A stretch of 64,000 nucleotides of DNA, from the NCBI GenBank assembly GCA_008632985.1, contig QPGO01000131.1, forward strand, positions 124,001 through 188,000. Reading direction: 5' to 3'. The stretch is from Psammoneis japonica. Its lineage: Eukaryota. This document shows positions 1 through 12,295 of the stretch, in pieces. Below the pieces are notes generated by a model. The model saw nothing but the letters and a program-made list of their open reading frames with translations, did no database searches and was not told the DNA's origin. Position 1 is the stretch's first letter. The number at the start of each line of letters is the position of its first letter. Both the position numbers and the translations under genes were made by a program.

Positions 1-284
1 ACATCACTCTCATTGCTCGCGGGCATGCGGTGCATCCACAGCCAATGCTGCTGCTGGTGGTGTGGTGGCAAGCAAAAGAAAAGTTGTGCTGTCAAAGCCA
101 AGTTGGCCACCCTGTCACCACACATCCAAGTCACCAAGTCATGGTGTGCAGGACCCTCTTGGGGGTGGTGCATGATGGGGGGCAAAACATCACAAGAAAA
201 ATGTCATCTTGTGCCAGGGGCATGCCAGCAGCTGGCACACATCAGGGCACCTTCCCGCACAATGGCCACTGTCTTGTCTTAAAT

Positions 285-866
285 GGTGACAAATGCTCTC
301 ACCAGTTGGCCCCTCCTGACATGGGCCAATGCTTCAAGTGATGAGAAACACCATGCTTTAAACACCATGAGTTCCTTGCTGCAACTCCTTGCTGCGCAGC
401 TTGAGAAAGTGACCTTTTTCTTTTTCTCACAGACAAGTGTTGCCTCATTTCAGAGAAACATTCAGCACCAACATGTGTGGGTTGAGAGAAGAGAGTGTTG
501 CAAGCCCATCCTCAATTCTCTTGCAATGCTCCTCACACCTCCAGCACTGTGATGAATCACCTCTCTTTCATCTGTGCCCAGAGAGGCAATGCTGAGAAAA
601 AGAAAAGTCTTGGCATTGAGCACACAGTGCACCCCCCAAACAGCAAAGTTGCCACTGGCATGTCTGCATGCACCCTGCCCAATCTTGAGAGATGAGCCAC
701 ATGAACAACAAGTGGGTGCAAAGAGTGGGACCTCAACAAAAAAGCACAAATGTGAGAGGTGCGCAAGAGTTTGTTGGGTCCAGCTGCCAACTTTGGGTGC
801 AAAACCAAAGCTGCCTCTGCCCCCTGCACACAAACTTCCAGCTCTTGACCAAGAGTTGGCAGAATG
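285..866. repeat. Old degenerate repeat, copy A left part (continues at 7760-8110 after the Copia insertion)
   Basis: Collinear similarity to 8980-9640, e.g. CCCTGCCCAATCTTGAGAGA vs CCCTGCCTGATCTTGAGAGA; GCACAAATGTGAGAG and CACAAACTTCCAGC shared. Confidence 0.8.
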
Positions 867-1053
867 TGTCAGCCCACCTGTTGTGCGATGGACAGACTGT
901 GTGCGGATGATGACCGGACCATTTGGACAGACGAGCAGATCTCTCTGAGATCTGCCTCTCACTTTCTCATCTGCTGGCACTCGTGTTGTCACAGTCCCAG
1001 TGCTCAGGGAGTCTTTCACACCTCTGTCATCATTGACCTTCGGCATTCTGTCA
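867..1053 (+). repeat. 5' LTR
   Basis: Direct repeat of 7568-7754 with 12 mismatches, all transitions; starts TGTCAG, ends CTGTCA; internal inverted repeat GCAGATCTC-TCT-GAGATCTGC. Confidence 0.97.
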
Positions 1054-1065
1054 GGTTGTGGCCTT
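1054..1065 (+). other. Putative primer-binding site (half-tRNAi-Met type, degraded)
   Basis: GGTTGTGGCC directly follows the LTR and resembles the copia-type GGTTATG(A/G)GCC PBS with TA->TG. Confidence 0.5.
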
Positions 1066-1233
1066 ACGCTGTGCCACAGAACTCTGCGCCAAGCTTTCCA
1101 TCTCGATTCATTTGTTTTGTGAGCTGACCGAGCAAGCCTCATCTTCTGTTCCAACAACAATTTTTTTCTCGCTTTCCCGGCATTTTTCACGATCGCAGAA
1201 ACATGCCAGATTTCTTCATGTGCATGACCAAAA

Positions 1234-4200
1234 ATGCCCTCATCAAGTGAAACCATGGCGTCTCCCGACCTTGCAAAGGCCGCTCCGACGTCCATTGCAG
1301 AGATCCACCATGAGTTTCAAGAACACACAATGACACCTCATTTCCATGCGACCTTGAACAAGATGCGCGCCGATTCAACATTTGATCTGGACCCGTTCTT
1401 TGATGATCCAGAACATGCTCAACCGAAGAAAGATTTTGTTGATGTGTTTCGAGATCACCTCGTCCACACGGCGTTCCCACCTTGCACGGTCCATCCTGTG
1501 GACATGCAGGCTGTCAAGATGATTGTGGATGAAGCTGCGCTCCGCATTGTTGACTCTGCCAGGCCTCGTGCGATCCGCATGACGCCCGCATCTCTCTCGT
1601 TGATCATCAAGACCAATCTCTGGGGAGCCACGATCAAATCATGTGCGTTGTCATCTCCACACACCACATTGATGATGACCCCGACATGACATGGAACTGT
1701 CAGGATTGGAAGGAGTTCTCCCTCATGCCCCACCCGCAGAACCCACAGCCTGCACCATCATCTACGACTGCTTCAGGACCTGCGACAGTTGGTGTGAATG
1801 ACTCAATCACCACCCTCAACAAGTTTGCGTCAAGCCACGCTCCGCCTTCCACTGCCTCTGGCAAGACCTCTGGAACTCCCGCAACTTCCACAGCATCCAA
1901 ATGTCTCTTCAATCCCAACACCCTGCCTCCCGATGTTTGCACACGCTGCGACCGCAAAGAAAGTGGTGCCGTCACCCTGAAGAGCTCTCTGGTCCCTTGT
2001 GACCATGGATTCCACCACTGTGTTGATGCGTCAGACCGCATCATTCTCAGTGATGGCACCCCCTTTGTCATGAGCTCGGCCCCCGACCAGAAGATGCCAT
2101 TCAGAGAACCTCCGATCTGCCATGATGATTCTCCCGCTGGGATGCGTGCATGGCACCAAAATTTTCAACGTCACTCCTTTGACTCGGGACACTGCGTGCA
2201 TCCTTTGTGGTGCTTCACCAAGGACCATGGTGGTGAGAAGGGTTTTGAGATTGGCAACGGCAAAGACGATGACTTGCCCCAACGAATGTATGTTCATTGT
2301 AAAGAAGCACAAAGTTCCCTTCACAAGATCCTTTCCAAGTCGGATGTGTTCCCCAAGAACAGCAAGCATCATCGGATTGTTGCATCATGCTGTGGCAATG
2401 GCTGCAAGGCTCTCAAGCAAATTGTCTGTGAGAACCACCTGGCTTTCGACCACGAAGCTGCTGGGTTGGTAGATTCCCACCCTGTTCAAGGAAATCTGTC
2501 CTTGATGCACTGTCACTCACATTTCAAGGATTTTCTGCAGCTGCATGCTCACATCTTCAATGCAGACTCTACGTTAGATGACTCTCGAGAGATGACTGTT
2601 TTTGTCAAGAACACCAAATGCTCTAAGTTCTCATCCCGTGCTGTTGGAGACAAAAGGAAGTCCCCTGCTGTGCTCAAGAAGCACACGGATGCACAGATTG
2701 TTGAGACCCTGTCTGACTTCCTTCATCAGTCGGACAGTCCATCTCTTGCAACTCACACGAGTCCTTGCAATCCATGCCACACATGGGATTGACACCCAGG
2801 GGACACACGTCGCACAACTGCTGATGTCAATTCCTTGACTGTCCTGGATGTCCCTCCCATTGCAGAGGATGCGGATGAGCCGCCAGAACCTGCCGATGTC
2901 GATCACTCCCCCGAGGACACCTTTGACTCCCTCTGTGCTGAATTGCATGACCTTGATGCACCTTCTGCAGATGAAGATCATCTTCTTCATCATGCTCACT
3001 CTGCTTCAGTGTACAAACTCAAGGTTGCTCCCACAGAGGCCTCCAAGAAACCATGCCTTGTTTGTTCTGAAGAACACTTGTTCCATGAGTGTCCTGTCTT
3101 GAATGACAACCCACACATCAAGGGCTTCCACACACGTTTTTGTCAATTCTTGAAGTGTGAAGTGGCTGTGCAAGCCTCTGAATTTCAAGGACCACAAGGT
3201 TTGTTGCCGCCTCATCAAGGACCATCTGATTCTCCGCCCAGCACTGGTGTCCAGTCTCCGGATTTTCAATCGGGCCATCGCAGCCAGTTTCGGATCTCCG
3301 ACGCAGCCCATTCTCTGCCCACCGAGACAAGACCAATGTCAGTGGGGGATGACCACGAAAGAGGGACCAAATGTCTGGTCATCTGCCGCTGCACTGCCTC
3401 TTTCTTTGATGACTGACACAGACTGCACAATGGTGTCAAGTTTGCCCCAAATGAGCGATGTGCTCAACTTAACACTGGCGCTGACATTGCTTGCACTGGA
3501 GATCGTGATCTCCTGCATCGATGCCAGGCATTTGCTCCTTCCGCCCCGTGCCCGCTTGCTGTTGATCCAGCTCTTGGACATGAAGCTGTCCCAGTCGGTT
3601 TTGGACATCTCTGCATCCCTGCGGAGAACTCCAATGGCTGTGTTGAGATTTGTGCACATCACCACCCACAACTCCAATCCACCTTGGTTGATGAGCGTTT
3701 GCTGCTCCGTCAGAATGGTGCACGTCACACGGATTGCAATGTTGATTGCATCCTCAAGTTCCATGATCTCGGCACTTGCAAGTTTGTTGCACGGCATTGT
3801 TTGCGCAAGAGTCAGGACATTGTTGTTCATGGGAAACTGATCAATGGCAAGTGTCACACTCACCCACTCATTCTCCCAGAATCACATGATGAGCTGGATG
3901 CATCAATCAAGTGCCTCAAGGCAAGTGACTCCTCCTTTGCAGATGAATGTGAAGCAGTCTCGGTCCACATGATTGAAACACATCGTGAATGCCAACATGA
4001 TGCTCTCTGCATGGAAAGAGAGTTGATCCCCCGAGCACATCAAGACACCCCGTTTGAGCAGTGCACCGAGAAGAACATTCCCGTCCAATCCCTCAAGGCT
4101 GATGCGGAGCACCTTTCATGGCATCAACATCTTGGACACCCCAGTGATCACTGTCTTTGCCATGCTCACGAACATGTTGATGGTGTCCCCAAGTTTGCAC

Positions 4201-7200
4201 ATGGTGCATCCCCCCTTGACACTTGCCCCACATGTGTCCGGGCTAAACAGACAAAGGAACCTGCTGGACCCAATGCCACTTTGACAGCCACCCAACCCCA
4301 CCAAGGTCTCACCGCAGACTTTTCTTTTTCTGGTCTCTGCTCCAAGAACACTGAGCGTGTCAAAGACTGTGTTGGGTTGAATGGCGAGACGTGCTGGATC
4401 ACCGTTTATGATCACGCAACGAAGCGCCTCCATGGTGTGACTCGTGTCTCGAAGGCTGCCCCCTTGAATTGGATTCGCCACTTTCTGGAGGAGCACTCGC
4501 CAAAATGTCCTGACAAACATGTTGTTCTGGATCAAGGAGGTGAACTGTACAATGATCTGGCGGTTTGGCGACTCTTCGAGGATGACTTTCATCATGCAAT
4601 TTGTCCCACTGGAAAAGACGCTTCGAGTCAGAGTGGCCCAGTTGAATGGAGTCATTTGACTGCTGCTGGTGCCATTCGGGCGATGCTTGTCGGTGCCAAT
4701 TTACCCGTCAAGTTCTGGCCCTGTGCTTTCCATCACTTCACTCGGATCAAGAATGCTGTGCCATCCCGGGGGCAGACTGCTGCTCCGATTGCACTTGCTG
4801 CTGGCCGGAAGGATGACTTTCGGAACTTCCACACATTTGGTTGTCGCGTTTGGGTGCTTGCTTCGAATCACCGTCCGGCAAAATTCGGGACCGTCTCACG
4901 CAAAGGGATTTTCTTGGGACACCTCCCGGACACCACCAAGAATGTTTTGTGGTGTGACACCAAGACATCGCGTGTTAAGCTGGCCAAGCACATCAGATGT
5001 GATGAGGGGATGAATGATTTACCCCACGAATCTGTTCCCCCGAATGTTGTTCATTTGCAACGCACTCAGGCTGGTGATGCCCTCCCTGCCGACACTGAAG
5101 AGACTGCCATGGATGAGCTCCACTTTCATGGCAACCCTTTCGCCAAGACCATCACACGCATCATGAAAGGACCTTTCACGGATTCCACTTTTGGCTTTTC
5201 ATTGGCCATGGATGATCCATGCCAACATGTTTTCGTCTCAGACATTCAACGTGGTTCCCCCGCTGCTCATCTCTTCTCGAACTTGAAGGTGACCCGCACA
5301 ACAAGATCAAAGGCGCGTGCACAGCATCGATTGATCATCAACCAGTTTTTACCCGTGACAATGCTGTCAAGCGTTTCCAGCAGTTGCGCGAGTCTGGCAA
5401 GACACATTTTGAAATGGAATTCATGCCAGAACGTCACTTGGACTCTCAGGCTCTCCAACGTGCTCTGATGGAACACAACATGTTCTCCCCTGCCCCGGAC
5501 CCTGACGATGAGCATGTCCCGGAGCTTGCACAAGCCGACACACGTGCCATTGCTGTGATGCGCCATCCTGATGCTGATTTTGAAGCCATTGACAATGATG
5601 ACGTCCTGCCACCTGTCCATGTTGACTGTGACAATGGTGTCGTCCACATCCATGGGATGTCCACCCGCACAATTGCCCCAGAGGAACAAGCCTTGGGTGC
5701 CTTCACTCGCCATCACCTCAAGAAATTGGATGCTTGGCCTGAATGGCATGCGGGCGAATTCAAACAACTTGACCAGTTTCATGAGTTGGGCATGTTTGGT
5801 GCTCCCATCAAACGTCCGAAGGACACAGTTGCACTGAGACCACACTGGCAATGTGACCTCAAACATGACGGTGCGCGATGCTCTCGTCAGTGTTGCGACG
5901 GATCCCCTCATGCTGCATCCATTCTCCACCGTCTTTGTTCAACATGCTCCTCCTGTGTTGAGCAACCCATCCAATGGATGTTCTTTGCCCTGGCAGCTAC
6001 GATGGGTTGTCTGGTGTGTGGCGGTGATGCCCGCGATGCCCATGCCCATTCTCCCCGCCCATCACATCCTGTCCACATTGCCGTTGACAATGCATGTGCG
6101 ACTTGGCACAAGTCTTGCTTTGGAAAGGAATTGGACAGGAGTGCGGCACTTCCTGTGCAACATGCTCTTCAAGGACACCCAGAAGCCGGCGTGCTCTGGG
6201 AGAATCACATCAATGGCATCTTGTCTGATGTGAATCTTTTGTTCCGGAACACTGCTCATGACAAATGCATCTGCTCTGCTGTGTTTGAAGGACACAAAAT
6301 TTTGCTCCTTCAACAGGTTGATGACTTTGCCATTGCTTGCCCTGAGGAGTCCATTGCCAAGACGATCTGTGACAGGATCGGCAAAGCCCTTCAATTGGAC
6401 TCGGAAACTGCTCCCCTTTCAAGCACCTTGGTCTCTTAGAGGAATTCAATGGTGTGGACATCCATCAGCATGATGATTCGATTGGTGTTGCCATCCACAA
6501 TTGCATTGATTGTGCTCACCTCTCACACGGTTGGTCCACACCAAGTGATGACAAACCACTTGATGACTTCAAGGCGACTCCGATTCCGGTGGATTCCATT
6601 CGAGATCTTTGCACTGACATTGGTCCTGCTGAAGGCACACCGGAACATGCGGAGCCACAACAAGCTGCTGGATTTGGATGCCGCACCCTCCTTGGTGAGC
6701 TGTTGCATGCATGTGTTGTCTGTCAACTCGACATTGGCTGTGCCATCACTGCCCTTTCCAAGTTCTCCACTTGCCCTGCGGCGGTGCATTGCAATGCACT
6801 CAAGGGTGCATGCAAGTGTCTCCGATGCACCAAACATTGGGAATTGAGCCACAAGAAATCTAAACGTGACCCGAGCCTCCCTGCCTGTCCGCATGAACGC
6901 TTGAGTCCCAATCCGTCTCTCCCATCATTCCCTGCTCCTGAGCATGACCATCAACTTGTTGCCTTCCTTGATGCTGTGCATTCTACGATGGGATGTGCTT
7001 GCATGTTGGCTGGTGCTGCTGTCTCCTTTCGTTGCAAGATGCAGTCGGTGACCGCTGCGAGTTCTACAGAAGTGGAATTCTGTGCTGCTGGTGCCACCGC
7101 CAAGCATGTTCTTTGCCTTTGCCATGTGCTGCATGACCTTGGTTGTTCCCAAATGAAGCCGACCCCATTGCATGTTGACAACGAATCGGCCATCAAGATC

Positions 7201-7398
7201 ATCAATCATTCGATTCCGACCGAGCATTCACGCCACATTGAGACTCAGTTTTTCGCGATTCAAGAATGGAAGGAAGTGGGCAAGATTGTCGCTGGACATG
7301 TCCCTGGCATTGTCAACCCCAGCAATGACCTTGCCAAGGCTCTTGGGTGGGTGCTCCATGCTCGCCACGCTCGACGCATGATGGGACACTGCCGTTGA
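1234..7398 (+). pseudogene. Copia gag-pol polyprotein, disrupted
   Basis: Zn knuckle CLVCSEEHLFHEC; protease-like LNTGA (~3468); GAG-pre-integrase WHQHLGH...CPTC; integrase DQGGE and FWP; RT QQVDDF; RNase H SSTEVE, DNESAI, RHIETQF, NPSNDLAK. In-frame TGA stops at 2790 and 3414 and frameshifts near 1670, 5295 and 6420. Confidence 0.95.
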
Positions 7399-7557
7399 TG
7401 TTTTTTCTGCGGTGGCCTCCCCTGCTGCGCATTGCCCCGTCATTTGACACGTGTTGGGCTCGGACACCTTTGGTGTCCTCTTTCTGGTTGCTCTGTTTGC
7501 ATCATCCCTGTTCTTGTTTTGATCTGCACTGCCTTCCATTTTTGAGATGTCACAGAT

Positions 7558-7567
7558 CAGGGGAGGG
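7558..7567 (+). other. Polypurine tract
   Basis: AGGGGAGGG abuts the start of the 3' LTR. Confidence 0.85.
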
Positions 7568-7754
7568 TGTCAGTCCACCTGTCGCATGATGGACAGACTG
7601 CACACGGATGATGACCGGACCATTTGGACAGACGAGCAGATCTCTCTGAGATCTGCCTCTCACTTTCTCATCTGCTGGTGCTCGTGTTGTCACAGCCCCA
7701 GTGCTCAGGGAGTCTTTCACACCTCTGTCATCATTGACCTTCGGCATTCTGTCA
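7568..7754 (+). repeat. 3' LTR
   Basis: Direct repeat of 867-1053, followed by the TSD GAATG. Confidence 0.97.
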
Positions 7755-8979
7755 GAATGTCATGCTTCATTGTTTGCAGAGACTTTGCTGTGGTGCAAGG
7801 GCAGAGCAACAATGATGGCTGCCAGACACCAGGACCAACAGCAAGACAACACATCATCTTTTGCTCTCAGCTTGCTCATGCAGAGTCAAACCTGAGTCTC
7901 ATCAACAACAACAATGTCAGCTTTTTTTCTTTCTCTGCCTGTTTGCAGCCAGGAGAGTTGTTGTCATCCCCAAGCCTGGGGCTTCACACCAGGGCTTGGT
8001 TTTTCCCTGCCAGAAGGTGTGCAGCCACCCTGGGCAAAAAATTTGCCAGAGGTGGGGGTGGTTTTTCTGACCAAGATGTGCAGAAGGAAGAGGGCTGGGG
8101 CACTCATGAGCATGGCCACTCTGGGCAGGGCTTTGTCTTCATCATCTGAAAAATGTTGTGTGGCTCTTGCTCAGATTGATCTGTGCTTGATGAAATTTGT
8201 GTGCTCTTGACAAGGGACAAGGGCTCATCAAATGTGGCTGAAGGGCCTTTCACAATTGGCGTGAATGGCAAAGCAGGTGAGGAAGTGATGCTTGACAAAA
8301 ATTTGTCTTGATGGGCACGTCATTTTGACAAGATGATCTTTGCACACATTGAGAGTGATTTCAACATGACTTGTTTTTGTTTGCAACCAATGTGGTCAGC
8401 GAAGCAGGAGGAAATGATGATGAACAAAACTTGTGACTTGCAAGTGTTCGTTCTTGACAACAGCGCAATTGCAACAAATTTCTGACATGGCTCATGTCTG
8501 ACAACAACAACAACAACAACACTCATTTGTCTCATCAACCTGCTTTTGCACTGGCTGCATGCTGTTTGCAATCTGATTTGCATGTGCCACAATTCATTTT
8601 TTCTTTTTGCCAAATCTTCTTTGCTCTCCATTTCCTGCTCTTTCCTTTTTGCTTTGTTGGCTCTTCTGCTGATGCTCACATCATCCTTTGCTGTCTGCAC
8701 ATGATGTTTTCCCATTGTGACAGTGCTGTTGCCTGCTGTCACCCTCCACAACCATTGTTCACAACCTTCTGTTTTGCATCATGGCCCCCCTGTTCTTCAT
8801 TTTGCTGGGTTGGCTCAACCAAGCTTTGCCAGCAAGAAAAGAAGAGAATTGTGACAGATCTGAGTTTTGCACATGCAGAAAATGTTCTTGCATTGTGTGC
8901 AGTGTGCACCAGCACATCTCTGGAACCACCACCCACACACATGCACACAACACAGCTGTGTCTGATGTTGTTTTGAGTT

Positions 8980-10030
8980 GTGACAGACACCTGCTGCCAG
9001 CTCTCCTGTCATTGGCCAATGTCCCAAGTGATGTCAAATGCCATGAGTTGCTGTCAGCTCCTTGCTGCTCAACTTGAGAGTGCCCATGCCTTTCCATTTC
9101 TCAGAAAAAATGCTGTGCTGTCTCATTTTTGTGCAACATCCAGCACTGGCATGTTTGGGTTGACAAGAAGCAAGTGCTGCAAGTCCACCCTCAAGACACT
9201 TGCAGCACTCTTTACATTTCCAATGTGGTGACAAACCAACTCTCATCTGGGCCCACAGAGGCAATGTGTTGAGAAACAGAGAAGTCTGGGCATTGGTGCA
9301 ATGAATGCAGCAAATTGATGCTGACACATCTGTGCACACCCTGCCTGATCTTGAGAGACAAGCTGCTGGAGTGATGAGTGGACACAAAGAGCAGCACTTC
9401 TGCAAAACAGCACAAATGTGAGAGACACATGAGAGCTTGCTGGGCCCAGCTGTTTGCTGATCTTTGCTGGCTGAGGTGGCTTGCTTGACATGTGTGTGTG
9501 TGTGGTGTGTGTGGAAAAGAAAATTGTTGCCAATCTTGGGTTTAAAACAAAGCAAAATTTTTGCCTTGAAAAGCATTTTTTCTGTTGCTGCAAAGCTTTT
9601 GCCTGTGCACAAACTTCCAGCCCTTCAGCAACAGCTGACGGTGTCATGGTCAGTTGTTTGCAGAGACTTTGTGCTGTGTGAGGACAGAGCAACACTGACA
9701 GCTGTCATCAGAGCCACCCCCAGGACACAACAAGTCAGCTTTTGCTTCTTTTGGCTTTCTTGTGCAGAGTCAAACCCCCGCCTTTTTTTTTGCTTTCTTG
9801 TGCAGAGTCAAACCCCCACTTTGTTCACAATGGCATCAGCTTTTTTTTCTTTCTCTGCCCATCTGCAACCAGGAGATGTTGTCACCCCAAATCTTTTGAA
9901 ACACCAGAGGGCTTGGTTTTTTCCCACTGCCACCAGCACAAGGCAGGCACTGCCACCCCTGGCAAAGATTTCCAGGTGGGCAGCTCTTCTGATGCCAAGA
10001 CTTGCAGGGGACAGAGTCGGTGAACTCATG
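8980..10030. repeat. Old degenerate repeat, copy B (uninterrupted paralogue of 285-866 + 7760-8110)
   Basis: Shares TTGTTTGCAGAGACTTTG, TGCAGAGTCAAACC, TCAGCTTTTTTTCTTTCTCTGCC and AGGGCTTGGTTTTT blocks in the same order. Confidence 0.8.
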
Positions 10031-11194
10031 AGCACCTGGTTGCTCTGTGAAGGGAAGTTTTTTCACCATCTTCCTTTGAACAGCATGAACTGGATCATTT
10101 GCTCATGTTTTTTGTGCTCCAGCTGAAGACAGCACTCTGCCTCCTTGCCTTTGATGTTCTTGGGAGTCTCATTCTTGAAGAACCTTCTTTCATGTGGTTG
10201 TTCTTGAGATTTTTCTCAACTTTCTTGTGAAACAGATGCTGCTCCTGCAAAGACATGTGCCAAGAAAAAGTCAACAAGGAACTTGTCCACAACTGCCTGG
10301 CCTCATTCTGTGGCACACTCCACAGTTTTTCAACTCTGGGCATGCAAGGAGTCATCAGAGGCAGCAACACAGTGGCCTCCACTTTCCTTTGTAAAATTTT
10401 GAGTGTGCATCGTTAAAATTGTCAACAAGCAGAACTTAAAAAATGCCAGCAAAAGTGCTTGACAAAATGAAGCTGTTTTTCGCATTTCATCTGATGTCTC
10501 ATTAACTTTTCTTGCACAAGCTTCAATCAAATGCATGCAATGTTCAGTTCAACTGGGATCAAAATCTGTTTTTTGCCATGCATGGCTTGGTTTCCTTTTG
10601 ATTGTGATCAATTTGAACTTGGTTTTAACTTTGTCCTCCTCACTCACGTGTGTGTGTCTTTGCACGTGTGCAGTCTGCAGCACTTCACATGCACGCATGT
10701 GACCCACCTTCATTTTTCTTCACTTTTGCGCAGCCTGTTGGTCCATGGCATTTTCATCACATGTTTTGCATGCACAATTTTCTGCACATTTCACAACAAT
10801 GCACGCTCTCCCCAAAGTTTGAAAAATGAGAGTGTGTGCTGTTGTGATTCACGTGGATCCTGCGTGTGGTCGCAAATCTGCAAATCAACAACCGGCCATG
10901 GCGGTGAAAGACTTCACCCCATTGGCCGATGACAGCAGCTCAACGCATGGTGACACCTGCCATCCTTCTGGTTGGTCAAGATGGGGTTTTATTTGGGCAC
11001 AGCTTGAATTTTGTGATCGCGAGTGTGCTGTCACGAATCTGCCACATCCAGAATGCTGAGCTGCTGGCGTGTTGTTGTGTGTTGTGTGCACGCACGTCAC
11101 AAACTTGCTTTTCTGCAGCATTGTCATGATCACGCATGTCAGAGTTTTGCATCCAGAATCATCACAAGTCACCATAAATTGCACTGTTCAAACA

Positions 11195-11465
11195 AGGCAT
11201 GTGCAAAAAGAGGTTCATTGGTTTTTGACACATTCGCCAACAACACATCCGTCTTCTCCAATTTCTGCATCCAGACCCAGAAAGACTGCAGGCGGTGCTT
11301 GTTCCTGCAGCTCTCAGAACCACACATGTGAAAAGTTCTTTGCCATGTGTGACAATCTTCAAAAAAGGCATGCACAAAAAGAGCTTCATTTGTTTTTGAT
11401 GTGTTCACTTGCGTTGCATCCATCTTCTCCAATTTCTGCATCCAGATCCAGAAAGACTGCAGAGG
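11195..11465. repeat. Two diverged direct repeats ~170 bp apart
   Basis: AGGCATG..CAAAAAGAG.TTCATT and TCTTCTCCAATTTCTGCATCCAGA.CCAGAAAGACTGCAG each occur twice. Confidence 0.8.
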
Positions 11466-11616
11466 CAGAGAGTGGGGAGGCAACCCATTGGAGGTTGCCT
11501 CTGAGTTGTTGGGCTCATTTTTAAAGGCTTCCCAAGTCTCTCTGCTGTTTGTGGTCAAGAGCAGCAGGGGGGGGGTCGACTGCAACAACCGCAGCAGCTG
11601 CCAATTCCATGTCGAT

Positions 11617-12295
11617 GGGTCGGGAACTGGTGGCAGAAGCTCCCGAATCGGTGGTGGCGGACGCACCTGCAAGCCTGCATTGAGGTTTCAATTGGTTGCT
11701 GTTGTTGTCCCACACACTCTCACAAAGTGTTTTACATTTCTTTGCAATGAATGAGGTGGATCAGAGCAATGTTGCTTCACATGGTCCTGAATCGGCTTCG
11801 CGGGGTCGGGAACCGGCGGCAGAAGCGACCGAATCGGCCGCGGCGGATGCACCAGTGAGCCCATGTTGCGGTTTCAATTGGTTGCTGTTGTTGTCCCACA
11901 CACTCTCACAAAGCATTTTGCACTTCTTTGCAATGAACAAGGTGGATCAGGGCAGCGTTGCTTCACCTGGTCTGGAGTCAGCGGCGCTGGGTGCACAGGC
12001 AAGTCCACACATTGACATCTCCATTGGCTGTGGTTGGCTCATCTTTGTCATGCTCTCACAATGTTTTCTGCACCGTTCGGCAATGAATGAGGTGGCTGCC
12101 AGCACTGGCAGTGGCTCTTCAAGAAAGAGAGCTGGGCAGCTGCTGCAAACTTGCCTGCTCCAGAATCGGCGGCGCCGGATGCACCGGCAAGTTTGTGTTG
12201 CTGTTCCTGTTGGTGGTGTCAGTTCATCCACATTGCACTCTCACAACGCATTCTGCACTTTTTTGGCAATGAACAAGGTGGCTGCAAGCAGCGGC
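11617..12295 (+). repeat. Four degenerate tandem units (~145-190 bp) with fossil exon/intron structure
   Basis: Repeated GCAC..G(C/T)(A/G)AG ... CTCTCACAA ... GCAATGAA(T/C)(G/A)AGGTGG. Confidence 0.75.

Larger units (their letters stand above)
867..7754 (+). mobile_element. Full-length, inactivated Ty1/Copia LTR retrotransposon (diatom CoDi-like)
   Basis: Two 187-bp LTRs (TG...CA) at 867-1053 and 7568-7754; 5-bp target-site duplication GAATG (862-866, 7755-7759); polypurine tract before the 3' LTR; internal order gag-PR-IN-RT-RH. Confidence 0.97.

Noticed and set aside
1234..7398. Alternative genetic code or TGA readthrough/selenocysteine in the Copia ORF
   Set aside because: Neighbouring genes use Tyr and stop codons normally; frameshifts and a degraded protease motif indicate a dead element
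867..7754. ADAR/APOBEC editing of the retroelement RNA or cDNA
   Set aside because: Changes occur on both strands, differ between the two LTRs and also affect non-retroelement duplications
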